Assembly (NCBI RefSeq): GCF_011386835.1
Contig: NC_088797.1
Span: forward strand, 34,162,001 to 34,226,000
Direction of reading: 5' to 3'
DNA length: 64,000 bases
DNA from: Chrysemys picta bellii
Lineage: Eukaryota
Part shown: positions 34,301-46,956 of the stretch, in pieces
Position numbering within the stretch: the stretch's first letter is position 1
How the letters are laid out: every line of letters begins with the position of its first letter
Program-made: the position numbers and the translations under genes
Notes under the pieces: generated by a model
What the model was told of the DNA's origin: nothing
Seen by the model: only the letters and a program-made list of their open reading frames with translations
Databases searched by the model: none

Positions 34301-37300
34301 CAGGCTCTCTGTCTCTCTCCTTCCAAGACCACCAGGAATCCAGGGACCAGGTGGGTGTAGAACTTCTCAGCTCCCTTCTGCAGAACTTGATCTTTTTTCT
34401 CTGCTTGTTTTGAAGTTAGGGTGAAGGTACCCAGCGGCTTCCAGAGATCTGTGACTGGCTCCATTGTGCCCTTCCCGACTGGCATCGCCATCCTGCCCAG
34501 AGCAGAGATGTCAAACAGTCTGAGGGATGAGGGGTCTTGGATCACTGAGCTCTCAGTTTCTAGGGCATCAGAGTCTGAGTAGTCTGCTCCTGAAATATTC
34601 TGTAGGCATCCAGAGCAGAGGAGGCTGCTTCATCGGGTGAGACAAGGAGGGATCTATTGGAGAGGTTGGGGACACTGCTCCTCAGTTTCAGGACCTGTCT
34701 CTCCCTCCTCTGCGGATGTTCTTCCTCATCTCTAACCCTCCAAGCGTCTCACGGCCAAGGGATCTGGGTCGTCTCTCAAGGGGGCCTTGTAGTCAAAGCT
34801 GCAGGACAGTGGAACATTCTTTGCTTGACAGTGTGCTAGAGGGAGAGCTACTTCTGGAGGATTTTCAGAGTGGAGCCCAGTACGGCCACAGTGAAGAGCT
34901 GTAAGAGTGGGGCAGGTCAGACCACTGCCATGGAGGTGGGTGTCAGAGGACAGACCAGCGCTCTGAAACAAGTGGTGTTCACTGGAGAGGAACCCTTCCC
35001 AGAGCCCGGTACATGGGCGGGAGGAGGTGGTGTGGTGTGGTGTGGTCTGGAGAGGGAGAGGAGATTTCCTGCGACAGCAGAGTGACCTCTTGGCTGGTGT
35101 GTCAGTACAGCTGTTGAAGTTTGTTCCGTGTGTAGCATCCTTGGGACCAGAGAAGTAGCAATTCCCAAAACCAGAAACCACTCGATTCCTTGTCACTTGC
35201 CCCTGGATTCTGAGAGGGAGGGGACTGAAGGCCAATGACTTTTCTTAGGCCTCTCGGCACCTCCTGGTTCAGGGAAGGTAGATTGGTGCCTAAAGCCAAG
35301 TGTGGTCTAGTGTTCTGGGCAAGTCTGCCTCAGAGTGGAGGATGTGATACCAGTCTTCAGCACTGGAGCAGCCAGTGATGCCAAGCTGACTTTTGGCAGC
35401 TGTGGCTGGCCCATTGGTACCATTTCAGATTCCCCCAATGGTACCGGTCTCAGGAGCTGCATCCCAGCTGCCAGCAGCACTGACTGCCAGGGACTTGAAG
35501 TTGAAGGTCTTGTGTGGAGCCTGATATCCGTTCTTCTGGGTTCAAAGTGCCCCACGACTGCTCCAGAAGCCGCATTTCAGCCGAGTGTCCCTGATTGTCT
35601 TGTTGACAAAAAGGACCAGCAGAGAGTTCACCAATCAGATACATGTCTTGCCTAAGCAGATAGTTAAGGGCCATGTCCATGGGAAAGGGGAACAAGCACA
35701 GGGTGGGAAGCCTGAGGGCCTTCAATCCATAAAGCACCAAAGAAAAATAAGGAACTTGGGAGAAGCGGGGAGGGGATCGTTGAGAAAACTAAGGGAAAAA
35801 AGCATTTAAGGGATTAAGGCGACCTACCTACCACTATGAAACATGCTGAGGGCAGCAGGCAGCCATAGCCTGGCTCCATCTTGCTGCCAGGGGCAGCAAG
35901 AGGAACTGAGGTACAGTTGCATCCATTCTGCCCTTTATGCCCACAGCCGAGGGCATGCAAGGGCATCCAACCTCATGCAGATGCACCTAGAGTGGGATCC
36001 ACAGACAAGCACTCAAAGACCGTGGAGCAACAGCCCTGTTCAAGTGGAGAGCAGTGCTGTCCGGTCAATGGGGGGGGCTGAGGAGTTTCCCCCTTGGAAT
36101 GGGGGTAAGGCTGGTGTGGGGCATGGGAAGCCAGGCAGGTGTGGGGCTGCAGGCCTCAGTCCTCCCAAGCTGGGCTCTCCCTGCTGTGCCTAGAGCTCCG
36201 TGCCCCTGGCCCTTACCCAGCTCTTTGACGATGGTGGCCAGCGGCAGTCGCACCAGGGGGTGAATCTTCAGGGGGGTCTTGGCTGCCTTGGGTAGCCGGA
36301 TAGAGCCTATGGAGGGAAGCAGAGAGTGGGTGTGAGATGGGGGAGCCCATGGTGCCCTCCCTCCCAGCCCAGCACACGTACACTCAGCCTTGATGGCGTT
36401 GGCGTTGATAGGAGCATAGGGGCGCCGGGCAGCACGGCGTGGCTGCAGGATGTCGCGGCACATGCGGCGGGCAATGCGGGTCAGCTTGGTGGTCTGCAGC
36501 AGGAAGGTCTGGCGGTTCTTGGCCAGCAGCTTGGCCCGGTTGGCGCTGGTCGTGTAGGGAGAAAGGCTCTGGGCTTCCGGCCTTGACATGTGGCCCCTGG
36601 AGTGCGGCTCCTGCGACACAGAAGGGTAGGTGGGTCAGGGCCCAGCATGGGGCACTGGGAGAGCCTGGGGCCAGGGACACAGCCCAGCACAGGCTGGACA
36701 GAGGAGCCCAAGGCTCAAGTGCTGGCAGTCCCCAGCTCTCAACCTGTGGGGTATGTACACCTCCGGGACCACGAGGAATGAGGGCCTCCCCAGTGCAGTC
36801 TAATACCCCTGCCCCCCCCACCTGCCCCCAATGCAGGCATTAACCATGGAGGGCCGCACCCATGCCCATCCACTCCAGCAGGCATTACCGAGCTCTCTGC
36901 ATGCCTATGCCCCTGGGCAGGGATTGCCACAACACTGTCAGTGCCCTGCATGCCCATCCCCCGGGAGGTGTTACTGTGGTGCCATGCTCCTCAGCCGGCA
37001 TTACCGTGGCACTGCGGGCGGCTCCCTCCAGCTGTGTCGGGGTCTTCAGCCCCCCGTATTTCTTCCAGTAGATCCAGCAGGAGGCGCAGAGGCGGCACTG
37101 CATGTTGGGCGGGCCCCAGGCATACCACTGTGCTGACTGGGTGGCTAAGGGCGAGGAGAGACTGCAGCATTAGGGGGAGGGGACTCCACAGCTGAGCAAC
37201 CCGCTGACAGGGAGGCCCAGGGATCCGCCCCCCTCCCCCGGGACAAGAACCATGGCAGCAGTCAGGGCCCTCCACCCCCAGCCTTGGAGCCCCACGTCAG

Positions 37301-40300
37301 CACTCACTGTGGCAGCTCTCACAGGTCAGCCCCTTCTGGAAGCCAGCCCCGTTCATGCCAGGCTTGGAGCCCACCGAGATGATCTGATTGGGGTTAGGTT
37401 TAGTGCTGCCAGGGGAGAAGAGACGAGGTCACACCCAACTCCAACTCCAGACCACCCACCACCTAGGGGGAGGGCAGGTGGCCTGCTCCCCACAATGCAT
37501 GGGACAGGCACCTCTTATCCCAGACCCCACTAGAAGGGGACATAGCCCCTCTCTCAGGCCTAGCCTCCTGTCCTAGCTCCCCCACATGCTCACACTGGGG
37601 GTGACCCCCCCCTCCCCCACGCTCACACTAGGCAGGGGTGACCGCCCCTCCCGCATGCTCACACTAGGTGGGGGTGAGGGCCACACCCACACACACACCC
37701 ACAATACTCACTAGGTAGGGATGTAGACCTGCTTCAGTTTGCTATCAGCTTCAGCGGCCTTCAACCTTTTCTGCAAACAGAGACACGGCCTAAGCAGGGG
37801 AGGAGATGCAGCCCCCTCACTCACCCCCGGCAGGAGGAAGGGCCAGTCCCAGAGCCCCTCACCTCCCGGGCCCAGCTCACCTGCTGGATGTAGCGGTCGG
37901 TGGTTTTCCACATGTAGTAGAACTGCACAATGCTGGCCAAGGACTTCCAGGGCAGCTGCAAGGGCCAGACAGGTGGTCAGACAGCGCCAGGAGACCCCCA
38001 CACACCCAGCCCCAGGAGGCATGGGGTGGGAGGGAGACAGCAGTGCCTCAGCCTCCCATGCCGACCCGAGCCAGTGCAGGATCAGTCTCCAGGGGTTCCA
38101 ATCCCTCTCCTGGGTCCACATCCCCCCAAGATGGAGCAGTCCAGTGTGGGTGCCTGGGAGGTTCTTACCACCCCCACAAAGGAAGGCCTTAGAGCGGGTC
38201 CCAGGCAGATCCATCCCCCCCCATCCCCACTCACAAAGTCCTGTCGGATGTCATTGAAGTCCTTGCCGTACTTCTCCAGCGCCTCCTCAAAGAGCATGGC
38301 CTCCGAGGCCGACCACTCCTCCATCTCGTCGCGACACAGCACTGGGCCCCCCTGGGGCACCAGCGTTGACATGGCCTTGGCCAGGTCGTAGCCGTTCCGC
38401 TGCAGCGTGTCCATGGCATGGAACTGCGAGGAAAGGGGTGGTCAGCAGGCTGTCGCTCCTGGCTGCCGGGGGACACATGAGCCTCCGAGCCAGCACCCCA
38501 TGAGAGGAGTGCAATGTTCCCCAGGGGTTACGTCTCTCAACCTTCTGGGCAGGGGGCAACCCGAGCCCCCCAGCCTTGGGTCAGGAGGGTTGAGGCAGCT
38601 TCTGAGGCCCCTGTCACATCCAGTGAGTCACCTTGGGCTGTAGGGGCTCCTCCAGGAGCCACTGGGGATAAGGACACCACACAAATGGACTGCAGAACTC
38701 AGAAAACACACAGCCTGTTCCCTGCCCCCCCATCTCCTTCTCACCAGTGTGATGTCCCGGGAGGCGGCGGCTGCGCTCATGTGCAGACTGGGCTGCCGGA
38801 TGGAGCTGCTGCAGTCCAGAGCTCGAGCAAAGGTCCCGACGGCCCTGGGGAGGGACACAGGTTAGCGACAACCCAGAGCCCAAGGGACCCCCATGTGAAC
38901 CAAGAGACCCCCTCCCCTCCCCCCCAAGTCCATGGAGCACTGTGCCCCCGCCCCCGAGCCGGCATCTCACCGAGCCACCACCAAGAATTGGTCAATTTGC
39001 CGGTCGGTCAGTGGGTTGTCGGGGTCCCAGACCTTCATCTCCATCTTCTGCTGGTTCCGATTGTCCGACTCGCCTGTGGGGAGGAGCCAGTCAGGAAAGA
39101 CGATACTGCATCTCTTCCCCCACCCTCCACCCCGAGAGAGGCAGGCAAGGTACATGGCTCCCCTAGGGCATTGGGGCCCTCCCCCCGGGACACGGCTGCC
39201 CCAGAGAACGAGCCTGACCTCCCTCAGGGGCACAGATCGGTACAGGAGACACCCTCCCCCATCACCTTCAGCCAGCCGGTCGGGGATCTCAGCTTGGAAC
39301 TTGCAGCCGACCCGAATCTCCCCCTGGTCAGCCAGAAGCGTCTTCTGGACAGGGTCAAAGACCAGCGAGTAGAAGAAGCAGTCCTGGGGTAGGGGCAGAG
39401 GGGTTAGGCAGGGCACCCCAGCAGACTGGTCTCTCACAACCCTGCCCCACCCAGAAACAGCTCTTCCCATACCCCCAAGAGAGAGTTCTGCCCTGGTTTC
39501 AACCCTTCTCACCTGCAGCCAGGCCAGGGGGCAAGTCCTCCTTCCTCTCTGCCCCCACTCCCTGACCAGTTCCAGGGCGCTGAGCCCAGCCCCTCAACCC
39601 CTGTAGGCCCAGCCCCTCCAAAGGCCCAACTCCTCACCTCCTTCTCCAGGTACTGGCTGAGGATGTCAGTCTCGTTGAGCAGCGTGACGCTGCATTTCCC
39701 CCTGCAGGAACCAAGCACAGGTCACATCACAGGCTGGCCCCATGGTTCCCCCGCCCCAGATCGGGGCCCTGAGGGATCCCCACATCCCAGCAGCAGCAGC
39801 AGAGTCGGCCCTACAGAGCTGCTGCCCCGGGCTCACACCCCTCCCTGTGAAACTGGTTTGGTGCTGGACCGCCCCAGAGGACACAGACCCAGGAGATGGC
39901 AACAGGGAGGCACGAAACCCAGGATAAGGCCCCCCAGGCTGAGGAAGGCCTCTCCCTCAAAAGAGCCCTAGCCCCCGTGCCCAGCAGAGCTCCCCCACGC
40001 ACCGTATGTGGGTGGCTGGCAGCGACTCAAACTGGCGCGACAGGAAGAGCTCACGATGCTTCAGCTGGTGCCGCTGCTGCTCCGACACCCCCGGCTGCTT
40101 CGACTCCTCCTCAAACTCGCCTGCGGCAGGACACGAGGGTCAGGGGCTCCCAGCCGCACCATCTCCCCCCGACAAAGAGCTTCCACAGAGCTCCCAGCCT
40201 GCCCACCTCCCCCCAACAAAGAGCCCCAGCCCCACCACCTCCCACCGACAGAAAGTCCCCACAGAGACCCCAGCCCCACCACCTCCCCCCAACAGACAGC

Positions 40301-43300
40301 CCCAAAGACCTCCCCAACAGAGAGCCCCATGGAGACCCCAGACCCCCACCACACACACACACTTCTCCCTGACAGACAGCCCCACAGAGACCCCAGCCTC
40401 TACAGCAAAATCAGACCCCACCCTCCCACATCCCAGCCCCAAGGCTACTGCTGTCCATCCCTAATTACTCACTGCCCCCAATTTCGCCCGCCCCCCCAGT
40501 CCCAGGAGCAAAGCTCTGCTGCTCCCATCACCCACTCTATCCCCCAAGAGCAGAGAGTACTGCCCTACCCCCCATTCAGCCCCCAAGCTGAACCTCCCCC
40601 TTCCTACCCCCACCAGTTTCACAGCACACTGCCCTGCCCAGAACAGGGCAAGCTCCAGGCTTAACCATCCCCTCCCTGCCCAGGAGCACCCGCAACTCCC
40701 CCTGGAGCAGAGCACCTGCCTGGGGTTAACCCTCCCCGGGGTTAACCCTCCCCATGCTGAAAAGCAGTGTGTACCCCCTCCCCAATAACCCCCAGAGCAC
40801 AGCACCGCCCCAGGTTAACCCTCCCCCACTGCCCAAGAGCAGAATGCACCCCCCTCTAGCAGAGCACGCTCCCCCCATCCTCAGAGGCCCTCCCCCCTCA
40901 AAGCAGGAAGTGGCCAAGCTGTGCCACCCGCCAAGAAGCTCATTGTTCTCCCAGCCCCACTGTCTCCAGCACTTGGCAGCAGCCCAGTGGGGGACGGCAC
41001 TGATTCCACCCTGTTCACGTGTTCAGGAAGCCCTGTGGGGTGGGGGCAGGGTAGGCGGGGGCAGCCCCCTGGGACCCAGTCCCACTCCTCGCCCACCCCA
41101 CTTGGGCAGAGTCAAGGGTGGCCCCCACCAAACAGGCCCGGAAACCCCAAGCCCAGGCGAGCAGCTAGCACAGGCCCCAACCGGAAGAGCTCCCACGGCC
41201 TGTTAACTCTGCACTGCCCATGGCCTCCATGCTGCAGCAGCCTCATACATGAGGGGCTAGGGAGAGCTGGGCAAGCTCCGGCCCCAGCACCCCTCACTCT
41301 TGACCCACAGCCCCCTGCTGTGCCAGCCCCTCCCCCCCGCCTACAGCTCTGATGGTGCCCCTCACTCCCAATCTGCGGCCCCCTGCTACCCCAGCTCTGG
41401 ACTGGGAAATGAACTAACATTCCCCTCCCCCCCACACACACACCCTAGGCTCGGGTCTCCTCAGTTGCATTTGCTGATTGTGTGTTTGACACCAGTGCTC
41501 TTGGGGTGAAAGGTCAAAGTCTAGGCACCTGCAAGACCCTTCACAGATCCTTGGACACTGCCCAATGCAGGGTGAATAGGCGTGAGACGGGGAGGAGGAG
41601 GAGGAGGTGGGACCCTGACTGTACGGTGTGCTGGGGGGCTCATCACCCCAGAGACACTCCCTGCCTCATACCACAAATGACAAGGACTAGTGCCACTCTT
41701 ACCCAGTGCCTGCAGCCTACGGGGAGGGGAAGGAGGAGACGGGGCTGGGAAAGGAGCTGGCAGCTCTCCTAGCCAGGCAAGCAGGGAGCTGCCCAGGGAG
41801 GGGCAGGCGGGGTGGCCTTTTACCCACTAGCTCCAGGCAGCAGCAACTCTGTCAGTATGTCTGCCCTGCATCACAGGCACGGGGCCATAATATTCCTCCA
41901 ACCAGCCCCACCCCACACATGCCCCACTGCCCCCCAACAGTCCCCACACACACATCCCAGTGCCCAAGACCCCACACCTGAGAGAGAGCCACTGCTCCCC
42001 AATGACTAGGACTGTCCCCCAACCCTATGCAGGCCCCTACTACTTCATCCCCAAAGATAGACCCACCCCCTGCTAGCCTGAGACAGCCTAATAGCCCCCA
42101 AGACCTCTACCCCACTCCATGCTCCCCCTGAGGCAGACCCCCAGAGGCCCCAGGCCTGCCAGTAGAGCCATGGGGATGAGCCCCAGCACTCACGAGCGTT
42201 GCTGTCAGCCAGGCTGTTGAGGCTGCTGGAGATGTCCCGGCGCCGGAAGAGACACACCACCTTGGCCTCCACATTGCCATTGGCTGTCTGGGGATGAGAG
42301 CAGGACGCTGCCTGAGAGGAGAGGCTGGCACTGCTGTTCCCCTGGGAGTTGCTCCTCACCACCCCCACGCCCTAGACACAGCACTCGGTGCAGCCTCCCA
42401 GCTGGGGCACTGAGGCAACTGCCAGGGAATCCCAGCTCCCTCCTGTACGTACACATGGCAGGCTCAGAGTGGCTGCAGTGCCCCCAGGAGCAACCTTTCA
42501 ATCTGGCCAACGGGTCCCTCCTGTAAAGGGGGTCTGGCTACAAATCCCCAATGGTGTGTGTCTGTGGGGGTCTGGCTGCAGGTCCCTAGCCTTTGGGGGG
42601 ATGTATAGACAGGGTACATCTGGCTGTTGCGCCCAAGCCCAGTACGAGGGGCAGGGGAGGGATGTGGGTCTCTAGTGTGAGAGGGGGTACGGATGTCTAG
42701 CTCTGGTCCCAAAGCCCAAGGGAGGTGGAGGGGGGGTGGGTCTCTGGCGCACGGCTGGTGGGGGTGAGCATACAGGTACCGGCTGTGGTCCTGTGGCCCT
42801 AAGGGATGCATGCAGGACATGTGGTGGAGGGGGGTCCCCTGGGTGTGGTCCCATGGCCCCTCACCTTGTTGAGCTCCTCAATGCGCCGGACGAGGTAGGG
42901 GTTACTGGAGGAATTCTCAAAATAGACGTAATCTGCAGAGAGAATTGAGACCGAAGACGTCGGAGGGAAATCAGGAGAATAGACAGGCACCCAGGAAGCA
43001 CAGGCTGAACCCTCAGAGCCATCACACGAGCCACCTGTCCCCATGGGGGCTCACCACCACCTTCAGTCTCCATCCCAGTGCCACCTGCTCCCAATGGGGC
43101 ATTCATCTCCTTCCCCGTGGGGCTGCCTCACCTAGACTGCCCCAGCTGTTTCATACTCGCCTGCCAAGCACCCTGTGTATCCATGGGGTTTCCTGTCCCC
43201 ACCCTCAGCCAGGCCCTGAACAGCAGTAACCAGGCAGCCCCCAAAGGGGGGGGTCCCTCTCCCAGTCTCCATCTCACCAGTTAGCACAGCAGCAGGCACC

Positions 43301-45263
43301 AACACATTCCTCCCATCAGCACCCACTTGCACATATAGGCAACATTGCCCAGGCTGCAGTGCCCCAGAGCAGGGGCCAACTTCCTATCCCACCCCTCTTA
43401 GCACCCAGACCCCCCCACTGCCACTCCCAGTCACAGCCAGGCAGCACCCCCCTGCTGGCACCACCTGCCAAACATCTGCATGGACATGGCCCAGTCTAAG
43501 GGCAGCATTGCCAGTGCCTGGTGATAAGTTCCAGCCCGGAGCAGCAAAAGCTAGGCATGGGCAGCATTGACCAGGCTCAGGAGGTAGCTGAGCCACAGTG
43601 CCCAGGCAGCGAAACAGCCAGGTACTGGTGTGGGCAAAGCGCTGCCAGGATAGGAGACAGCCCCCCCCTCAAAGCAGCACAACTGCAAAGGGATCTCAGT
43701 GCAAGATCACACACACGCCTGCGGAAGACACCCCAGAGTCAGCACAAGGGGAGGATGTTATAAAATAGAGCCACTAGGAAGGAGAGACCCTTCCCCCAAA
43801 GTGCCACTCCCCCAAATGCTCTAAAATGAGATGTCCCACAACTGTCCCCACCTCCCAACCAACTGTTCCACACACCATCTCCATAACCAGACCCCCAAGC
43901 TACCCCACATAACTTACCCTCCACAACATCCCCCAACCAGGCCTCCTCCTCCCACAGCCCATAATCCACCCCCAACAGCCCCAAAACTACATACACCTCT
44001 CCCAGCCCTCCAACCCCCACCCACACAACCCACACCCACAAACTGCCCCCCACATAACCCACTCTCCCCAACATCCCCAAACCAGACACCCCCTCCCTCA
44101 GCCCATAACCCACCCCTAACTGCCCCAAAATTACATACACCTCAAGCAGCCCTCCAAACCCACCCCCCCACATATAACCTGCCCCCCTGGCCTCCCCACA
44201 ACCAGATTCCCCCCAACTCTCCCCCACAAGCACCTCACACCCTACTTGGTCAGCTGCCCCAGACACTCCACAAGCAAACTCCTGACCACATATAAACACC
44301 TCACTGACCCCCATTCCCCAATCGCTCCCCAACCAGCCATACCCACAGCTCACCAAGTCTTGTACTCCATATAACCAGCCCACCGCCCCGGACCCCATAT
44401 GGGCCCCACACCCGGTAAATTCCCTTACCCCATTTAACCAAACTCACTGCCCCCCAAAGGATTCCCTCCACCCCATACCCTGTCAGCTCCCACCACAACC
44501 TACCTCATCCCCAAATAACCAGCCTATTACCAGCCCAACCCACCAGCCAGAACCCCAAGTGCCCTATTTTCCCACAGTACTTGAACTTCTTCACACCATG
44601 CCACCAGCTCACTACACCAGACTCCCCTGCCCCCACATAACTAGCCCATCATCCCTTACCCCCATTGTCCACCTCCCCCCCACAACCTGATCCCCCCCAA
44701 CTGCCCCATGCCCTCCAGAGCCTGTGAACACCCCATACCTGATGAAAGCACCTCCCTATCCCACAGCGCCCCCACCCTATAATAACCCCAAACCCCACAT
44801 AACAAACCCGCTGCTCCCCACCCCCAACCAGCACCCATCCCCCCATACAGCCTGCTCCCCGTGGGTCAGCCCACTCCGCCCGCTCCCCTACCCCGACACA
44901 GGGGCGCAGCATGTGGGGGGAGAACAGCCTCTTCCTCTAGGGAACTAAGAGGGCATCCTCCCCCCACCCCAGCCAGGACCGCCCAGCCCAGCCCAGCCTC
45001 CCCCCCACAATCCGCTAGTGCTGGGGACACACCGCCCCGTCCAGCCCCGCTTCCCTCCACACTGACACCTCCGGCCCAGCCACTGCCCCGCAGCGCCACA
45101 CTCCTGGGGGCGCCCCAGCCCCGTCTGCCCGCTCACTCCCCGCACTCCCCGCCCAGCCGCGCACTGACTCCCCCCGGGCCAACCCCGCTCTGTCCAGTTC
45201 AGTCCCAGCCGGGGGCAGCCCCGGCCCCGACTCACCCCCCACCCGGTACATATTGGCCGCCAT
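28311..45263 (-). CDS. MTA2: Metastasis-associated protein 2 (NuRD subunit), 18 coding exons, 670 aa
   Basis: Exons 45263-45236, 42932-42865, 42287-42194, 40120-40003, 39701-39638, 39383-39266, 39073-38971, 38844-38745, 38423-38235, 37955-37881, 37770-37712, 37405-37308, 37144-37005, 36610-36382, 36306-36217, 29542-29424, 29133-28985, 28482-28311 (2013 nt). MAANMYRVG start, BAH, ELM2 (GEIRVG), SANT ([22 protein letters not shown]), GATA finger (CESC...CRLC). Confidence 0.97.
31410..31625 (-). mobile_element. CR1-like 3' fragment nested in the DIRS element
   Basis: cacagagtttaagcc...catctagtctgacctcctg resembles the reverse complement of a CR1 3' end. Confidence 0.5.
31740..33136 (+). mobile_element. 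CR1 LINE, 5'-truncated (about 1.4 kb), nested in the DIRS element
   Basis: RT motifs [43 protein letters not shown]; C-terminus [24 protein letters not shown]; tail ttctatga at 33129-33136. Frameshifted. Confidence 0.93.
43820..44900. repeat. C/A-rich low-complexity region with an imperfect duplication of about 145 bp (about 43905-44030 and 44049-44170)
   Basis: Repeated cccacataac...cagcccataa...ccccaaaa(c/t)tacatacacctc. Confidence 0.6.
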
Positions 45264-45760
45264 GGCCCCGCCGCGCGATGGGGAAGGGGAGGGGGTTCCG
45301 TCCGGCTCCGCTCGGGCCCTCGCTAGCCCCGCTCCCGGCCGCTCTTCATCTCCTCCCGCTCCGCCGCGCCGCCGCCTCCTCCTCCTCACGCAAGGCCAGG
45401 GCCAGGCGGCTTCGGGCGGTTCCGGCCGCGCTTCGGGGGTCTCCGGGAAAGGCTCGGGGAGGCTCGGAAATATCCGAGGCGGCTTCGGGCCCAAATCGGG
45501 TCTCTCCGGAAACGTTCGTATCTTTCCGGAAGCACCTGGGGAAGCTTCGGGCATCGCCGACGACAGCCTCCCGGTGATCGGGTCCTTCCGGCCAGTGACT
45601 CCAGTCCAGATGGCCGGCGCCGGGCAGAACTTCGGGCCTTGCCGGCGACCTTCGGGTAAATACGGAGACTGCAGCATTCGGCTATTTCCGGACAGAGACT
45701 GTCCCGCTCGGGCCTTTCCGGAAGGAGACCGCAGCGCTGGGTTTTTAACCCATTCCTCTC
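45000..45760. promoter_or_regulatory. CpG island / promoter of MTA2
   Basis: CpG-dense, with several CCGGAA/TTCCGG ETS cores upstream of the ATG at 45263. Confidence 0.75.
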
Positions 45761-46340
45761 CAGCGAGGCTGCCCCTGGAAACAGGGGCAATTCCCAGCAG
45801 CCTCAACTGCACCAGGGTTATTTGCATACAGGTACATATGCAAATTTACAGCTGTACAACCCAAAATACCCACTAATTTACTCCTCACGCCCAGGAATTC
45901 ACTGATTGCAAGGGGATCCTGCGTCCAAAGGTGAGATGGAGCCACTTCTGGAGTGGGGCACCATTGCACTAATTCCAGTGTCCTGCCATGTAGGAATGAC
46001 AGCACCCCAGCAGAGAGGCGGAGATGTTCTCTCTGTATCCCACTAGACTTGGGGAGCTAAATCCCTCATTTCTCTCTCCCCACACTCTGGAACCAAAGCC
46101 TCGGCACGCTCTCCCCCCCTCCCCCCCCCCCCCGGCCGTGTTAACAGTGATCCCTGCACTGCCCCATCCTAATGCAGGCTAGCCCCAGCCCCTGCTGCCC
46201 CTAGCATGCCTTCCTCTCCCCCACCCCAGTGCTGTGGCCCCTGCCCACAGCCTTCTTCCCCCCACCCCGTACCACTGCTGTGTGCCTGCTCCCCAGCCCT
46301 GACAGGAAGAAGACAGGAGCCCAGCCCCTGATGCCAAGGC

Positions 46341-46346
46341 TTTATT
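46341..46346 (-). terminator. Polyadenylation signal AATAAA for EML3
   Basis: tttatt about 610 nt past the EML3 stop codon. Confidence 0.65.
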
Positions 46347-46956
46347 GCTGCCTCTCACAGTGTTCAGCGTCTTGTTGCTCTGGCGCAGCCAGGAATGTAA
46401 ACGAAGCGGGGAGAGCAGTGTCCTGCTTCTCCAGGCTTGGTCCCAGCATTGGGGGCAGCCCTCAGGCTCCTGGGGGGAGAGAATACCCCCAGGTGGACAG
46501 GCCCCATAGTACACACGTTCTGGGAATGGGGAACTGAGTGAGGGTGGACACAGGACAGCCCCAGCCCTAAAGATGGGCTGCCTCCATTAATACCCACATG
46601 GTCCCCCTAACCCATGAGTTCCCCTGCCAGACATCCCCCCCTCCCCCCGGCCCTCATGCAATGAGAACTTCAAGGCAAGAGCCCCAATCCCAGCACCCTC
46701 CCAGCTGAGCCCCTGGGCCCTGGTGGTGGGAGCTGCCAACAGGCCCTCAGCCCTGCCCCACCACTCTGACCTGTGCTGGGCCCTGAGCAGAATCCAGGCC
46801 TGCCCCCCAGTGTTAATGAAGCAGGTCGCATTATTAGCACGCGTTAGTGCCAGGAGGTGAGGGAACCCTCTGGCTGGGCCTGGCTTGCTGGGGTCCATGT
46901 ACCAGAGCTGTCCAGGCCCACAGGCAATGAGGCTTGGTCCCTGCAGTGTCTCCAGC

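Larger units (their letters stand above)
29765..35830 (-). mobile_element. Decayed DIRS-like (tyrosine recombinase) retrotransposon in MTA2 intron 15
   Basis: Remnants in DIRS order on the minus strand: ORF1/gag-like (35740-34261), RT ([12 protein letters not shown] at 33558-33328), RNase H (SLNWW... at 31286-31032), YR-like tail (30209-29961) and a terminal-repeat-like sequence near 29770-29850. Many stops and frameshifts. Boundaries are approximate. Confidence 0.72.

Noticed and set aside
25263-45263. Idea that the HARBI1-like ORF plus the convergent SANT-containing MTA2 form a two-gene Harbinger transposon
   Set aside because: MTA2 is an ancient 18-exon host gene whose SANT domain sits in a BAH-ELM2-SANT-GATA architecture, and no TIRs enclose the pair. 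Adjacency alone is not evidence of a functional link.
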